Source of the DNA: an uncultured delta proteobacterium
GTDB taxonomy: Bacteria > Desulfobacterota > Binatia > UBA9968
Direction of reading: 5' to 3'
Assembly (NCBI GenBank): GCA_963804165.1
Contig: CAWDPO010000037.1
Location: 87,876-151,875 of the forward strand
DNA: 64,000 nt
Below the pieces are notes generated by a model that worked only from the letters and a program-made list of their open reading frames with translations, was not told the DNA's origin and ran no database searches. The position numbers were made by a program, and so were the translations under genes. How positions within the stretch are numbered: position 1 is the first letter of the stretch; every line of letters starts with the position of its first letter. Of the stretch, positions 22,350 to 33,571 are shown one piece after another.

Positions 22350-24074
22350 TTAGAACGCCGCGAGGCTGAACTGAAAGTGAAAGCCGTTGTCTTGCAGCGT
22401 GTTCTCCGGTCGAGCGACCTTCCTCAAACGGTGGCCCCAGTATAGTTCGAACTGGGGCCGCAGGAGAATCGGCCAGGTAGAGGTGGCTCCCCAGCGAAAG
22501 CCAATCCCGACGCTGGAAATATCTTGGGGACTGGGCGTCGAACGGTCTCGATTCCAGCCCCTGCCGAAATCAAAAAAGGGACCCACGTCCAAATAGTCAG
22601 CCCAGCGGGCGTTGCGGATCACCGGCACGCGCAATTCAACGGAGGTGATAAGCGCTCTGTCGCGTAGCATCGTGGTTTCACGGTATCCCCGCACGCTGTA
22701 TCGGCCCCCCAAGACGATCTGTTCAAGCGACATAAGGGAGTCGTTTGCGAGTTGTACGTCCGACCTGAAGATCAGTTGGCTGTCCAAGATTCCGAGCCGT
22801 TGAACCCATTGAAACTGGCCGAGCCAGGCAACAAACCGACTGTCCGGCGATCCGTCATGGTTGATCGTTGCGTCCAGCGCGTTCACTCCGAATGAAAAGC
22901 GCGATCGCGCCGCGATCACTTGATTTTGGGTCCGATAAACAAAGTCCTGACCGAGTCTGAGCGCAGTGACGATAGACCGGCCGTTGTGAGCGCCGGGAGT
23001 TAGAGTGAAGCGCTCGCCGAGGAGAAATTCTTTGTACGAAAGGCGCTCACCGATGAGTTCCAGCCCCACTTCGGAGTTAAGCGTACGATAAACCGGCTGT
23101 CTCAAAGATAAAGTGTAGACATCCGACTTGCTTTTGATATCGAGATCCTCAAATGGCGGCTCGACGATCGCGAACGTATTTTTTCGGTATTGCCAGCTGA
23201 CAGTCGTGTCATAAGCGGTGATCGGCAGCGAATATTTAAAATCGAGCAGCGGATTAAGGCCTTCCGATCGGCCGTACTGCGCGGTGATGATGTCACCGTT
23301 GCCGGTGAGGTTTTGGTGCTCGGCTGCGACGATGCCGCGCAGTTCTCCGACCGAGGCGGATTGGTAGTTATTAGACTCAAACCACAGCTTGTAAGGAACA
23401 CGCTCGTTGACGCGCACATCAAGAATGCCCTCGCCGGGTTTCACCCCCGGCTTCAGTTGAGCGTTCAAGCGTTCGATGCGCGGATCTTCGAGCAGGAGTT
23501 GCAAGCGCTCCTGCAGAGCGTTGACGTTGAGGGGCGGACCTCCAGAAAGCGCAAACCGCTTTGCAAGATAAGCAGACCGAAACCACCGATTGCCTTCCAA
23601 CTCTACCCGCGTCAGCTCGCCTTCGATGATGCGAAAAGTCACCACCCCGTCGGTAATGGTTTGATCCGGCAGAGTTGCGCCTGAGTTCACATAGCCACGG
23701 TTGATATACAGAAGAGTCAACGCGATCCGGAGCGCCTCCAGGTCCTCCGTTGTGACCTCCCGATTTTGATATGGGCCGGTCACCGCTGCCAGTTCTTCAG
23801 GAGAGAAAACCGTGCTGCCGATAACTCGGATCTCACGAACGAATGCACGAACCGGCGGGATGCCTGGCCTTTCTTTCGGAACAGGAGCAGGGGGCAAGAT
23901 TACGGGAGGTGCTTTTTCTGCGGGTCGAGGCTCTTCCTTGCGCAGCTGAGGCTGTTCACCGGAGCGGCCGGTGGGATCGATTACGGGAGGGGTTTGGGCA
24001 GAAGTGAAAGCGCCGCGCGCGAGAATGGCCAAAGATAAAATGAAAACGAATCGGGTGAGCCCTGTCTTCGCCAT
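22350..24074 (-). CDS. TpsB (ShlB/FhaC/HecB) outer-membrane transporter
   Basis: POTRA (LYINRGYVNS), LGGRYSVRGY motif, C-terminal F. Confidence 0.94.
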   Translation of the reverse strand: MAKTGLTRFVFILSLAILARGAFTSAQTPPVIDPTGRSGEQPQLRKEEPRPAEKAPPVILPPAPVPKERPGIPPVRAFVREIRVIGSTVFSPEELAAVTGPYQNREVTTEDLEALRIALTLLYINRGYVNSGATLPDQTITDGVVTFRIIEGELTRVELEGNRWFRSAYLAKRFALSGGPPLNVNALQERLQLLLEDPRIERLNAQLKPGVKPGEGILDVRVNERVPYKLWFESNNYQSASVGELRGIVAAEHQNLTGNGDIITAQYGRSEGLNPLLDFKYSLPITAYDTTVSWQYRKNTFAIVEPPFEDLDIKSKSDVYTLSLRQPVYRTLNSEVGLELIGERLSYKEFLLGERFTLTPGAHNGRSIVTALRLGQDFVYRTQNQVIAARSRFSFGVNALDATINHDGSPDSRFVAWLGQFQWVQRLGILDSQLIFRSDVQLANDSLMSLEQIVLGGRYSVRGYRETTMLRDRALITSVELRVPVIRNARWADYLDVGPFFDFGRGWNRDRSTPSPQDISSVGIGFRWGATSTWPILLRPQFELYWGHRLRKVARPENTLQDNGFHFQFSLAAF

Positions 24075-24102
24075 TCGAAAAACGTCGGCCGATTTAGAGT
24101 CG

Positions 24103-27100
24103 TTATTGCCCGCAGTCTAAACCCAAAGCTGCCTTGGCCAACTGAAACTGATTCCATCCCGCTAACGACAGCCGCTGGTTGTTCTCCTGCGTGAGAAGCG
24201 AGAAGCTCGAAGGCGAGTAAGACAGCCGCTCGTTGGGTCGGTCGGAATGGTCGAGGCTAATCGCCGATCCGCCGAGAGCGAGCGGGCTCGGCAGCAATCC
24301 GCCGGGCTCCAGCGGCAAACCGCCGCGCCCGCCGAGAACCAAACTGCTCGACCGGCCGGCGGCGACCCGCGCTGCGCACGTCGCGCGCAGCAACTCCGTG
24401 GCCTGAAGCGGAGCCTCGGGCAATTGGGAAACGTCGCTCGTGAGCTGCGTAACTGTAGCCTCGATGTCGATTGTTCCTGGGGTATTCAACGCCGACGACG
24501 CGGTGATTGCCGTTGGGAGCGGCACACTGCTCAGTAAAATGTCGGCGAAGATATTGATATTGCCCCCAGGGCCGCCAAAAGCGTCGGCATGGATGCCACT
24601 CTCATTCAATACCAGAAAATCGAAAGGGTGAAGCTGTGATCCGATGGTGATGTTGCCGCCTCCGCCGGAACCGCTCTGAACGCTTGTGGCGATTTGGCTA
24701 TTGGTCAAATGCACCAATGATCCTGTGCTCGTGATGGAAATATTGCCGCCATCGGCGACGAGTGCCTCTGTGGTAATGCTGCTGTTCTCCATGCGCAGGG
24801 TGTCACCGATAACGATATCGATATTTCCCGCAGTGGCCGTGACGGTTCCGGTACTGTTGGCTGAAATCGTCCCTCCGTTCAGGAGGCTGACGTTCAGGGC
24901 TTGAACCGATACATTTCCTCCAGCCCCCGTCCCCGAGGCGGTGCTGAACAGACCGCTTCCCTGATCGGAGATCGATACCGAGCCGCTCGCCGCGACGACG
25001 ATGTTGCCCCCGTGACCTGCGCCGGTTGTGCTGCTCTCGATCGTCGCACCCCCTGATTGTGTCAGGTTGCCTACATTCAGCGAAACATTGCCGGCGTTAC
25101 CCTCACCTGAAGTCGCCACCGAGATCGTCCCAGCGTCGCCCAGCGTCAAGGTTGGAGTGGAGACCGTGATCTGACCCGCGTTTCCCGTGCTCGACGCGGT
25201 GCTGAGTAATCCACTCCCTGGGCCTGAAACTGAAAGTAGATCACTTGCCGTCACCTCTAGCGTCCCACCAGCGCCGGCGCCACTCGTGCTGCTGCTGATC
25301 CGCGCCCCACCGGCAAGTGTCAACTCGCCGACGCTGAGCGAAATATCGCCGGCAGCTCCGTCTCCCTCGGTCGCAACTGATATCGTTCCGCCATTGCTCA
25401 TCGCCAAGGTCGGTGTAGTTACGCTGATCTGGCCGGCATTTCCTATGTTGGACGCCGTGCTGAATAGACCACTACCGGGTCCAGAGATGGAACTTGCGCC
25501 GGTCGCATTGACGGTTATGGCTCCCCCGGCGCCGGCGCCGGTCGTACTGCTGTCGATCCGCGCGCCGCCACTGAGAGCGAGGTTGCTCACGTTTGCCAGG
25601 ATATTTCCCGCGTTGCCCGCTCCCGCGGTGGCCACCGACATCCTTCCTTCATTAGCCATCGTCAGGGCCGGTGTAGAAACAAAAATCTCCCCCGCATTTC
25701 CCGTGCTGAACGCCGTGCTGAACAGTCCGGTTTCTAGGCCAGAGATCGACACCGAATTACTCGCTGCCACTATGATGTTTCCGCCATGACCGGCGCCCGT
25801 TGTGCTGCTATCCACACGAGCGCCCCCTGTCTGTGTAAGGTTGCCCACATTCAGAGAAATGTTGCCGGCATTGCCGCTACCTGAGGTCGCTACCGAGATC
25901 GTCCCACCATCCCCCATCGTCAACGTGGGCGTGGAGACGCTGATCTGGCCCGCATTCCCGGTACCTGACGCCGTGCTAAAGAGACCGCTGCTCGCATCGG
26001 TGCTCGAAGGAGCGCTTGGCACGCCGTTGGGGGAACTTCCCGAGATAGAAATCGAATCCGTCGCGTTGACTATCACGTTCCCGCCGGCACCGCTAGCAGA
26101 GAGCGCGCTGTTACTCGCAATCTGCCCACCATTCTTCAGGGTCAGTGTTCCCACATTCACCGCGATGGGCCCCGCATCGCCGCTGCCTATGGTGCTCGTG
26201 GAAATGAAGCCATTGTCGACGAGCAAACTTGAGGCAGAGATCGTCGCTTGGCCCGCCGTTTGGCCAAAGGCCTGGGTCGTGATCCCGCTGCCGTCCGAAA
26301 TAACAATGGAGTCTGTCGCGCTGACCGTCAGATTACCGGCCTGACCAAGGTTGTCGCCATTTAGGATCTGGGCACCACCCGTCAAAGTCAATTGACCAAC
26401 ATCCATCAAGATATCGCCCCCGACACTACCCTCTCCAGCCCCGCCGAAGATTCCGGTCTCAATCCCCGAGATCAGTGCCGAGCCGGTTGCCGTTACCCTG
26501 ACGTCTCCACCCCTTACGTCTGGACCTGTGGCTGTGGAACGGCTAAAGATTGCCGCACCATTGGTCATACTCAGTTGGTTGGCCTGAAGGGTGACGTCTC
26601 CGCCGCTGGCTGCATTGAAGGCTACTGTCGTGATTGTTCCGCCAGCATCAAGGCTCAAGGATGGCGTGGAGATCGTCACATTACCGCCGACGCCGCTCTG
26701 TGCACTGGACGCAGTGCGGCTGGCTACTTCGCTGTCCAAACCGGAGATGACGACCGGGCCAGTGGCGTTCACCGAGAGGTTCCCTCCATGCCCGCCCGGA
26801 CCGGCGGCGCCTTCTGCTGTGAAGCTGATGATCTTCGCGCCTTCCGTGAGAGTGAAGCTCCCTACATTTATGTCGACGTTTCCCCCGACGCCCCTGGACG
26901 GATCCCCCGCGATCCCTCCGGTGGTCATGGTTTGGATCACAGACGAGCCCTGTATCTCTAAGTTTCCGGCTTCGATCTGTACCGCTCCCGCGTTTCCTGC
27001 GAGTTCGGTGGCCACACTAAGGCTCGAGCCACCCGAAAGCACCATATCTCCGGTCGCCTGGAGGTCGATGCCAACGGGAGCGCCATCTACATCTCCGATA

Positions 27101-27968
27101 GTGTTCGAGGAAATAAAGGATGCATCGATGTGCAAGCTCCCTCCGCGAATGACCACGGTGCCGCCACCGATGCCGCTCACATCATTGGCGTCAATGGAAG
27201 AAAACCCCGAGATATTAATCTGGCCTAACGTCGCAGTAGGGTCCGGCCGTAGATCCGGAGCCCCTTCTGGTGTGACCAAGGCCACTTCGCCCGAGGTCAG
27301 GCTTGCGATCTGGACCCGGCCGCTGGGGCTGAGAGCGTCGCACCGGTAATCTGTACGTCTCCCCCCACCAGCGAAAGCGTTTGTCCTTCGGGAACCTGGA
27401 GAATGCTTCCATCTACTGTTATCGGAGCCCTAGGGCCTAAAAAACCAAAGGCTGCCGGTGGGGCGCTCGTCAAAAGGGCGTCCGTTGGCCCCGGAGCGGC
27501 GTTAAAACGCACGCCGTCGCTCAGGCGGATATAATCGGCCGTGCTTACGTGGAAAGAGCCGCCCACGTTGAGAGAGGCTCCCTGCCCGAAGATCCAGCCC
27601 GCGGGATTGAGCAAATACAGATTCGCTAAGCCAAAATTCGTTGTCTGGATGGTGCCAAAAATATTCGATGGATTGCCGCCAGTGACGCGACCCAAAATGT
27701 TAGAGGTGGCGAGTCCGGTATCGTTGAGAAAATTGGCGGTGTCACCTGTCCCGACATTGAAGAGGCCAAAACTGTGGAACAGGTTCGATCCGCGCCTCGT
27801 TCCTCCCGTGATGTCCCGGATTGATCCGTTTGGCGTGATCGTTGTACCGAGTCCGCTGGAAGTAATGTTGGTCGGAACCTGGGCCTGGCCAATGGCAGGC
27901 CTAAAGAGGAAGCCAGCCATCAACAAGACCCAGGTCAGGAGTGTCACATAACGACGTGAGACAAACAT
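24103..27968 (-). CDS. TpsA filamentous-haemagglutinin-like exoprotein (1-nt frameshift at the G4 run 27325-27328)
   Basis: TPS domain (NLFHSF, NILGRVTGG, LLNPAG), beta-helix G/S/T repeats, C-terminal C..SSLVLGGRGGLP. Adding one C restores LSAPSGRVQIAS. Confidence 0.9.
24958..25989 (-). repeat. Four tandem 258-bp (86-aa) repeats within TpsA
   Basis: The SGLFSTAS..GNAG motif recurs at about 25989, 25731, 25473, 25215 and 24957, spaced exactly 258 bp apart. Confidence 0.9.
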
Positions 27969-28002
27969 TCTCCGTTGTTGCTGTGCTGTTTGGGCGAAAC
28001 TC

Positions 28003-29250
28003 CTAGTGAGTAACGGTGACTGGGATACCGACGGTAACTTCTCGTTGCACTCCGAGGATGTTCGCCTGACACTTTAGTATCAGTTCCTCATCGCCGATTT
28101 CTGGGAGCACGTCCGCATTATCAAAATGCATCCGGAGATCCAGTATCGAATCGTTATTGAAAAAGCCGAACGTCGAATGAACCGCGTCTCCTCCGACTGT
28201 GCTATCGCCGGCAAAGAGTGTACAGACAGGTTCCCCAGCAGGTGTCGGGGGAACAACTAGAATGTCCTCGACATCAAAGTGCTCTGCTCCATTGAGGTCC
28301 ACCAAGATTGTCCCTTGGTCGCCCGCCTTTACAACTGAATTATTGACTGTAGCAGTCGCCTCTTTCGGAATGAACAAGCTGCCCAGCAATTGGTTACACT
28401 CGGCAAAGTCCGCGGCGTTCGGCTTTCTTTCCGGGACTTCGCAGATTGAAGAGAAGTGAGTTCCGACATGGTTGTTGATCCCACCGGCCGGAAGACCCAG
28501 GGTGAGAAATTTCTGAAGCTGGGCGCCGGGAGCGCAGTTGGTGCACGTCGGGATCCGCTGAAATATTTGCTTCGGGTTCTGAGGGTTATAGGAAGTTGAC
28601 GTCTGCCCACTATTTCCGAGCGTGTATTTCAAGGACGTTGTTCCGGACACCAGCGGGTCGTCACAGTTGCTAGGATTCGACCCGTTGACGAGGTTGGTGA
28701 TTGTGCCCCCGCTGTTCGTCGTGAAGACCACTCTCATGGTTTGCTCAAAGAAAGACCTGGGATTGTTGGAGGTGCTTGCAGTCCCCGAAAACCAACCATC
28801 GCCGCTATGGCCCGCGCATATTGTAGTACGAGCCGGGTCGGTAGCCGCGTTGGTTTGAAAGGTTTCTATTAGGATTCGCGCGTAAACGCTGCCGGTATTT
28901 TTGACAACGAACTTTCCGGAACCGCCAGGACCCCTGAGCTTGAGTTGGCCAGGATTGGTCGCGTCCGAAATAAACGCTGCTTCGCCAGTAATTGTAAAGC
29001 AGCGACCGCTCGATGACGAACCATTCGTTGCACACCCAGCGCCATCGCCGTAGCCCCTCGATCCGGAAAGGCTGTTAGCATTGCGAGTCAGGTTTAGAGG
29101 AAGCGTCCCTGATGGTGGAAACGTAAAGGTCTGGATGGTGCTGCCATTAGCGTCTTGTACCTTGATGTTGGCAACCACAGCATTCGCCGCACTTGGCAAC
29201 CCTGCCATGACTAGCAAATACAACAAAAATGACATAGCAACTCTTCGCAT
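28003..29250 (-). CDS. Secreted Cys-rich hypothetical protein
   Basis: AGGAGG SD, signal peptide, about 10 Cys, C-terminal domain with a DxND..DL.MHF-like motif. Confidence 0.8.
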   Translation of the reverse strand: MRRVAMSFLLYLLVMAGLPSAANAVVANIKVQDANGSTIQTFTFPPSGTLPLNLTRNANSLSGSRGYGDGAGCATNGSSSSGRCFTITGEAAFISDATNPGQLKLRGPGGSGKFVVKNTGSVYARILIETFQTNAATDPARTTICAGHSGDGWFSGTASTSNNPRSFFEQTMRVVFTTNSGGTITNLVNGSNPSNCDDPLVSGTTSLKYTLGNSGQTSTSYNPQNPKQIFQRIPTCTNCAPGAQLQKFLTLGLPAGGINNHVGTHFSSICEVPERKPNAADFAECNQLLGSLFIPKEATATVNNSVVKAGDQGTILVDLNGAEHFDVEDILVVPPTPAGEPVCTLFAGDSTVGGDAVHSTFGFFNNDSILDLRMHFDNADVLPEIGDEELILKCQANILGVQREVTVGIPVTVTH

Positions 29251-29365
29251 ATAGCCTCCTAGTGTAGATTTCTGGTTACTGCTTCCAGTCTGTAAAGCAG
29301 ATCGTCCATGTGACTTCGAATACGGGAGCGCACGTCAGGGGAAAAAAGACTCCCGAACGTGCACT

Positions 29366-29395
29366 GCTATACTCACAATCTGCCAAGTGTGTCAA
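29366..29395 (-). promoter_or_regulatory. Putative sigma70 promoter of the secreted protein-tpsA-tpsB unit
   Basis: TTGACA-N18-TATAGC. Confidence 0.5.
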
Positions 29396-29844
29396 GACTC
29401 CTTCTAGCATCATTTTTTACCTTCAAATTGCACCCTGTAAATTATCGGAGGTTGCATAATCGAGTAATCCTTAAACAAATAGGGATAAATTGTGCAATCG
29501 ATGGCACCGCAACATCGATGCCAGAGGACGATTCGCGCTGGATTTTCGCAAGCGACGCGAAATCAAAAGCGATCTTCCGTAAATCGCGTTGGGCACAATG
29601 AAAATAAGTGCTTCCCTGGTTTACAGAATGTAAACCTGCGTTGCCGACGAGGGACTCGCGAATACAGATGCCTCAATTTCTGTCAGGATAAGAAGCAAGT
29701 GCAAAGTGATCGGGCAGAACGTTGCTGTTATGACACTCCCGTGTGTCAAAAAAGATACTTCGAAGATACTTCGATCAAACCAAAACTTGATTCAGTCGAT
29801 CTCCCGATGCGCATCACGTGAACAGAGAAAACGCTGCGCGACTT

Positions 29845-32514
29845 CTAACCCATCAATCCTAGATATCTCCAATAGGGAATCGCTGCGACCAATGCGATCA
29901 GGTACGCGACTGCGTAGAAGATGTTGATCCGGCACATCAGTGGGTAGGAAAATCCTTTACCGTCGGTGGTCGAGTAGGCAAGCATATGCCAGTCGACTTG
30001 ATAAGGAAAAAACCAGACCTCGGAGGCGATTAAAACGATCATGGCGATGATCCACGGGCTCATGCCGACGTCGATCGACAACGGCAGCAACGCAACGCAC
30101 AGCGTCACCACGGCTAGGAAGCTCGTAAAAACGAGCTTGAGCGCGTAGGTCAACAGGGCGATCACCACAAAGAACCAACCTGGGCTGTCCATGAATGGAA
30201 GAATCATCGGCGAGATCACGTCGACCAGCCATTGATCGATCTTTGCCTGTTTCAAAAGCGTCGGAATGCTCAAGGTCACGCCCATGTGGATCAACAACTC
30301 CCAGTCGATGCCCTTGCGCAACATGTTCCAATCGACGATGCCGGTGTTGACCAGCGTGGCGAAGGCGATGATCGCGATCCAGGCGCCGTCGATGCCATGG
30401 TACGGCGCGGTGAGCCAACCTCCTACGGTGAAAAGCAGCACGCCCAGACTGATCCACTCTTTATGCGATAACTTTCCAAGAACACTGAGCTGAGTTTGCA
30501 CCATCGTGTAAGAAATCTTGGGTTGAGTTTCGGGCCGGTAGAGAACGACTGCGCAGAGCAGAATAACGACGATGACCGCGAGGGTGGGCGGCAAGGCCGC
30601 GAGGAACCAATAGCCCCAGGTGAACTGCGCGCGCACGTCGTCGGGCAACAAGCCCCAGGCGATCAAGCTGGTCGTCGATCCGGTCAAGAAGAGAAACCCC
30701 AGTTGACCCAGGCCGAGGAAGCTGGCGACGAATAGGCCGGTCGACGCTTTCGATGGAGTTTTGTAGCCCAAGCTTTCGGAGAGATTGACCAGCATCTGGC
30801 TGGTAATCACGGTGCGCGCGGTCTGCTGCGGAATCAACGCCATCACGACGACACCCATGAACCCGGTAGCGATGATTTGCCAATAGTAACTCAACGGAAA
30901 CATGCGGACGAGATGAAGCGAGAGGCGGTAAAATAATCCGGAGCCGGTGATCGCAGCGCCCAATCCCAAAACCCCGAGCGTCATGAACCAAGTGGTGCTG
31001 GCGAAGCCGCCCATGACCGTCTGCGGCGATTCCAACTTGGTAAGAATGATGACCATGGCGAATGCCAGCGCGACACCGTAGTCGGGCAGCACCCGGAAGA
31101 CCCAAAAGATCAGCGTGCAAGAAATTAAACCAAATAATTTGGTTGCGCTGCTGTCCATGCCGATATCCGGTTGGCCAAACCAAAGATAACCGCCAACGGC
31201 CAAACCGAGCACGGCGCCGAGCCACTTACTGAAAGACGAAGAGCGGAGAACAGAGCTCAATTTAGATGCGAGGCGATCTCGCCGAAACGTCGTTCCACTC
31301 TCGGGAATCGGTAGTGCAGAGAAGCCGGGGCGACTTTTTTCTTGCGGGTTTTCTCGGAAACTATCCGAGACGGCGGCTTCTTGGCCGATCAAGTTGAGCG
31401 CGCTGCGCAGGTGGTTGATCGCCTGTCCGTAATCTTTTCGTTGCGCCAGGGTCTCCGCCATGCGGCGGTAGTTGGCAATGGCGTCAGCCGCGACCGCGCC
31501 CGGCGCCTTCTGGACCAACACCTCACGATAGGCCCGATACGCGCCGAGCAGGTCGCCCAGCTGAATCAAGGCATTTCCCCGAAGGGTGACCAGCCGCGGA
31601 TCGGCCAAAAATTGCTCCGGAGGAAAACTCTCCAGAGAATTTTTGACGAACAGCGGTGACTCGGCGAGCAGGTGCTCATTTTCGGCGGTGAGGAGCCGGG
31701 TGACGGTTGGCCAATCTTGGATCTGTAACGCGTGATAGATCGCCTCACGCAGCTCACCAAGGGCTTCATAGCGTTCGGCAAACTCAGCATGCAGGCGCTG
31801 CTTGGTCTCCGCGCCGTCGAGCGTGAGCAACTTTTCGTGCAAAAAGTCTTTAAAAAAACCGTGCAGCTCGTAGTTGCCATTTTCCAAGCGACGAATCAGC
31901 GGCGATTGGCTGTAGCCGAACTCGGTCACGAGTTTGGTCAGCGCGTGGTTTTTCACCAGCGCCGTTAAGGTATTTTTATCAAGTGCACCGAGCAGCGATA
32001 CCTGACGAAAAAATGACTGCTCGTCCGGCGATAGCGATGCGTAGAACTCTTCTGCAAGCGAATTGAAAGCTTCGCGCCCGGTCGAATACTGCCGATCGAC
32101 ATGGGAAAGCCGTTTGCTGAGCGTGGTGCAAAACTGCAGCAACCAAGTCGGATGCTTTTCGATCAATTCATCCCAATCCTCGCGCCGGAGCCGCCAAAGA
32201 ACGGTATCCTTGACCGTGTCTATCGTTGCCGAGCGGGGTTCGCCCGAAAGCAAAGCCATTTCGCCGAACCAATCCCGTGGTCCAAGAATGGCGACGATCT
32301 CCGATTTTCCCGCGCCACTTTCCAACACGACTTGCACGGCGCCGGATTGAATCAAGTAGAAAGCGTCGCCTTGCTCGCCTTGTGAAAATATCGTCGCTCC
32401 GGCGCCGAACGATGTCTCTTCCATTTTGCCGAGGATTTTGGCGACATCTTCGCGCGAAAGCCCGGAGAAGATCGGGATGCTGCGAATGGTATCGGCGAGG
32501 GCGAGGTGTTCCAT
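29845..32514 (-). CDS. cNMP-binding domain + TPR-like region + DASS/SLC13 permease fusion
   Basis: N-terminal CAP_ED (FGEMALL..EPRSAT), helical TPR-like middle, C-terminal multi-TM region with FLTGSTT. Confidence 0.85.
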   Translation of the reverse strand: MEHLALADTIRSIPIFSGLSREDVAKILGKMEETSFGAGATIFSQGEQGDAFYLIQSGAVQVVLESGAGKSEIVAILGPRDWFGEMALLSGEPRSATIDTVKDTVLWRLRREDWDELIEKHPTWLLQFCTTLSKRLSHVDRQYSTGREAFNSLAEEFYASLSPDEQSFFRQVSLLGALDKNTLTALVKNHALTKLVTEFGYSQSPLIRRLENGNYELHGFFKDFLHEKLLTLDGAETKQRLHAEFAERYEALGELREAIYHALQIQDWPTVTRLLTAENEHLLAESPLFVKNSLESFPPEQFLADPRLVTLRGNALIQLGDLLGAYRAYREVLVQKAPGAVAADAIANYRRMAETLAQRKDYGQAINHLRSALNLIGQEAAVSDSFRENPQEKSRPGFSALPIPESGTTFRRDRLASKLSSVLRSSSFSKWLGAVLGLAVGGYLWFGQPDIGMDSSATKLFGLISCTLIFWVFRVLPDYGVALAFAMVIILTKLESPQTVMGGFASTTWFMTLGVLGLGAAITGSGLFYRLSLHLVRMFPLSYYWQIIATGFMGVVVMALIPQQTARTVITSQMLVNLSESLGYKTPSKASTGLFVASFLGLGQLGFLFLTGSTTSLIAWGLLPDDVRAQFTWGYWFLAALPPTLAVIVVILLCAVVLYRPETQPKISYTMVQTQLSVLGKLSHKEWISLGVLLFTVGGWLTAPYHGIDGAWIAIIAFATLVNTGIVDWNMLRKGIDWELLIHMGVTLSIPTLLKQAKIDQWLVDVISPMILPFMDSPGWFFVVIALLTYALKLVFTSFLAVVTLCVALLPLSIDVGMSPWIIAMIVLIASEVWFFPYQVDWHMLAYSTTDGKGFSYPLMCRINIFYAVAYLIALVAAIPYWRYLGLMG

Positions 32515-32526
32515 CGTGCTGCGACG

Positions 32527-33558
32527 CTATCGAATGACTTTGTCCGCCTTTTTCAACATCGCCTGGGAGAAATGGAAGCCGATGAAGTTAGCGGTTCGGT
32601 AATTGAGCGTGAGATCGAACTTGGACGCCCGCTCGATCGGTAGGGATGGCGGCTTCTCGCCTTTGATGATCTTATCGATGAGGCTGGCGCCCTGACGGCC
32701 CATTTCGAGATAGCTCGGCCCGTAGGCGGCTAGGGCGCCGCGAATCGCCCATGCTTCCTCATTGAACATTGTCGGCAGTTTCCTTTCGCGCGCCGTGGCG
32801 AAAATAAAATCCGGCTCGCTTTCGAACAGGTCGTCGGCGACCTGAAAAAGCGCCGCGCCGGGTTCGGCACGCAAGCTGGAAAGCGTCGTTTTCAATTCAT
32901 CGGCTGACTTGATCCCGTAACCGACAATCTGCAAGCCGGACTTTTTTGCCGCAGCTTCGGCGGCGGCAAAATTACTCCGTGAAAAGTTATTATTGGCGTC
33001 ATAGAAGACCAGAATCTTTTGTAGCTCGGGGAAGATTTCTTTAAAAAGCACGACACGCTGTCCGGTCAGCGCCGAGGCATAGGCCGCCACCCCGGTCAGA
33101 TTTTTCTCGCGCTCCCCGGTGCTTTTGACTAAACCGGCAGCGACCGGGTCGCCGGGAAGGATAAATACGATGGGAATTTCCCGGGTGGCCGCCATCGCCG
33201 CGCGCGTCGCGCTGGTCCCGGTGGTAAAAATGACGCTGACGTTGCGTGCCAAGAGCTCGCCGGCTGCCGGCTGCAGCGCGGCGCGGTTGCCTTTGACGTT
33301 GCGCGTTTCAAAAAAAAAGCTCTTCCGCTCCTGATAACCGAGGCGTTTGAGTCCCTCGCCCAGGCCCTTAATGGCCTGGGACTGGGCACGTTCCATCTCC
33401 TGCACCAGTATCCCCACGCGGGTCGGCGATTGCGCCAGCGCGAAAAGCGGAGCGCCAAGGATAAGCATCAGCACTGTGGTGCAACTCAGGAACATGTTCG
33501 GTCGGCTATCGCCATCCGGTGCGATCTTTTCGGTTTGCGGATAAATATTTCGCGTCAA
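32527..33558 (-). CDS. ABC_sub_bind-type periplasmic binding protein
   Basis: DPVAAGLV..NLTG and YGPSYLEMG..LPIE motifs, ending ADKVIR; start may be about 33495. Confidence 0.88.
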   Translation of the reverse strand: MTRNIYPQTEKIAPDGDSRPNMFLSCTTVLMLILGAPLFALAQSPTRVGILVQEMERAQSQAIKGLGEGLKRLGYQERKSFFFETRNVKGNRAALQPAAGELLARNVSVIFTTGTSATRAAMAATREIPIVFILPGDPVAAGLVKSTGEREKNLTGVAAYASALTGQRVVLFKEIFPELQKILVFYDANNNFSRSNFAAAEAAAKKSGLQIVGYGIKSADELKTTLSSLRAEPGAALFQVADDLFESEPDFIFATARERKLPTMFNEEAWAIRGALAAYGPSYLEMGRQGASLIDKIIKGEKPPSLPIERASKFDLTLNYRTANFIGFHFSQAMLKKADKVIR

Positions 33559-33571
33559 TCGCAGCGCACAT

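Noticed and set aside
24103-24500. CDI toxin C-terminus
   Set aside because: No VENN/pre-toxin motif and no immunity gene; tpsB follows directly.
25187-27951. Long plus-strand ORFs opposite TpsA, and 34581-35624 opposite the cyclase
   Set aside because: Antisense open frames caused by GC-rich, biased codon usage.
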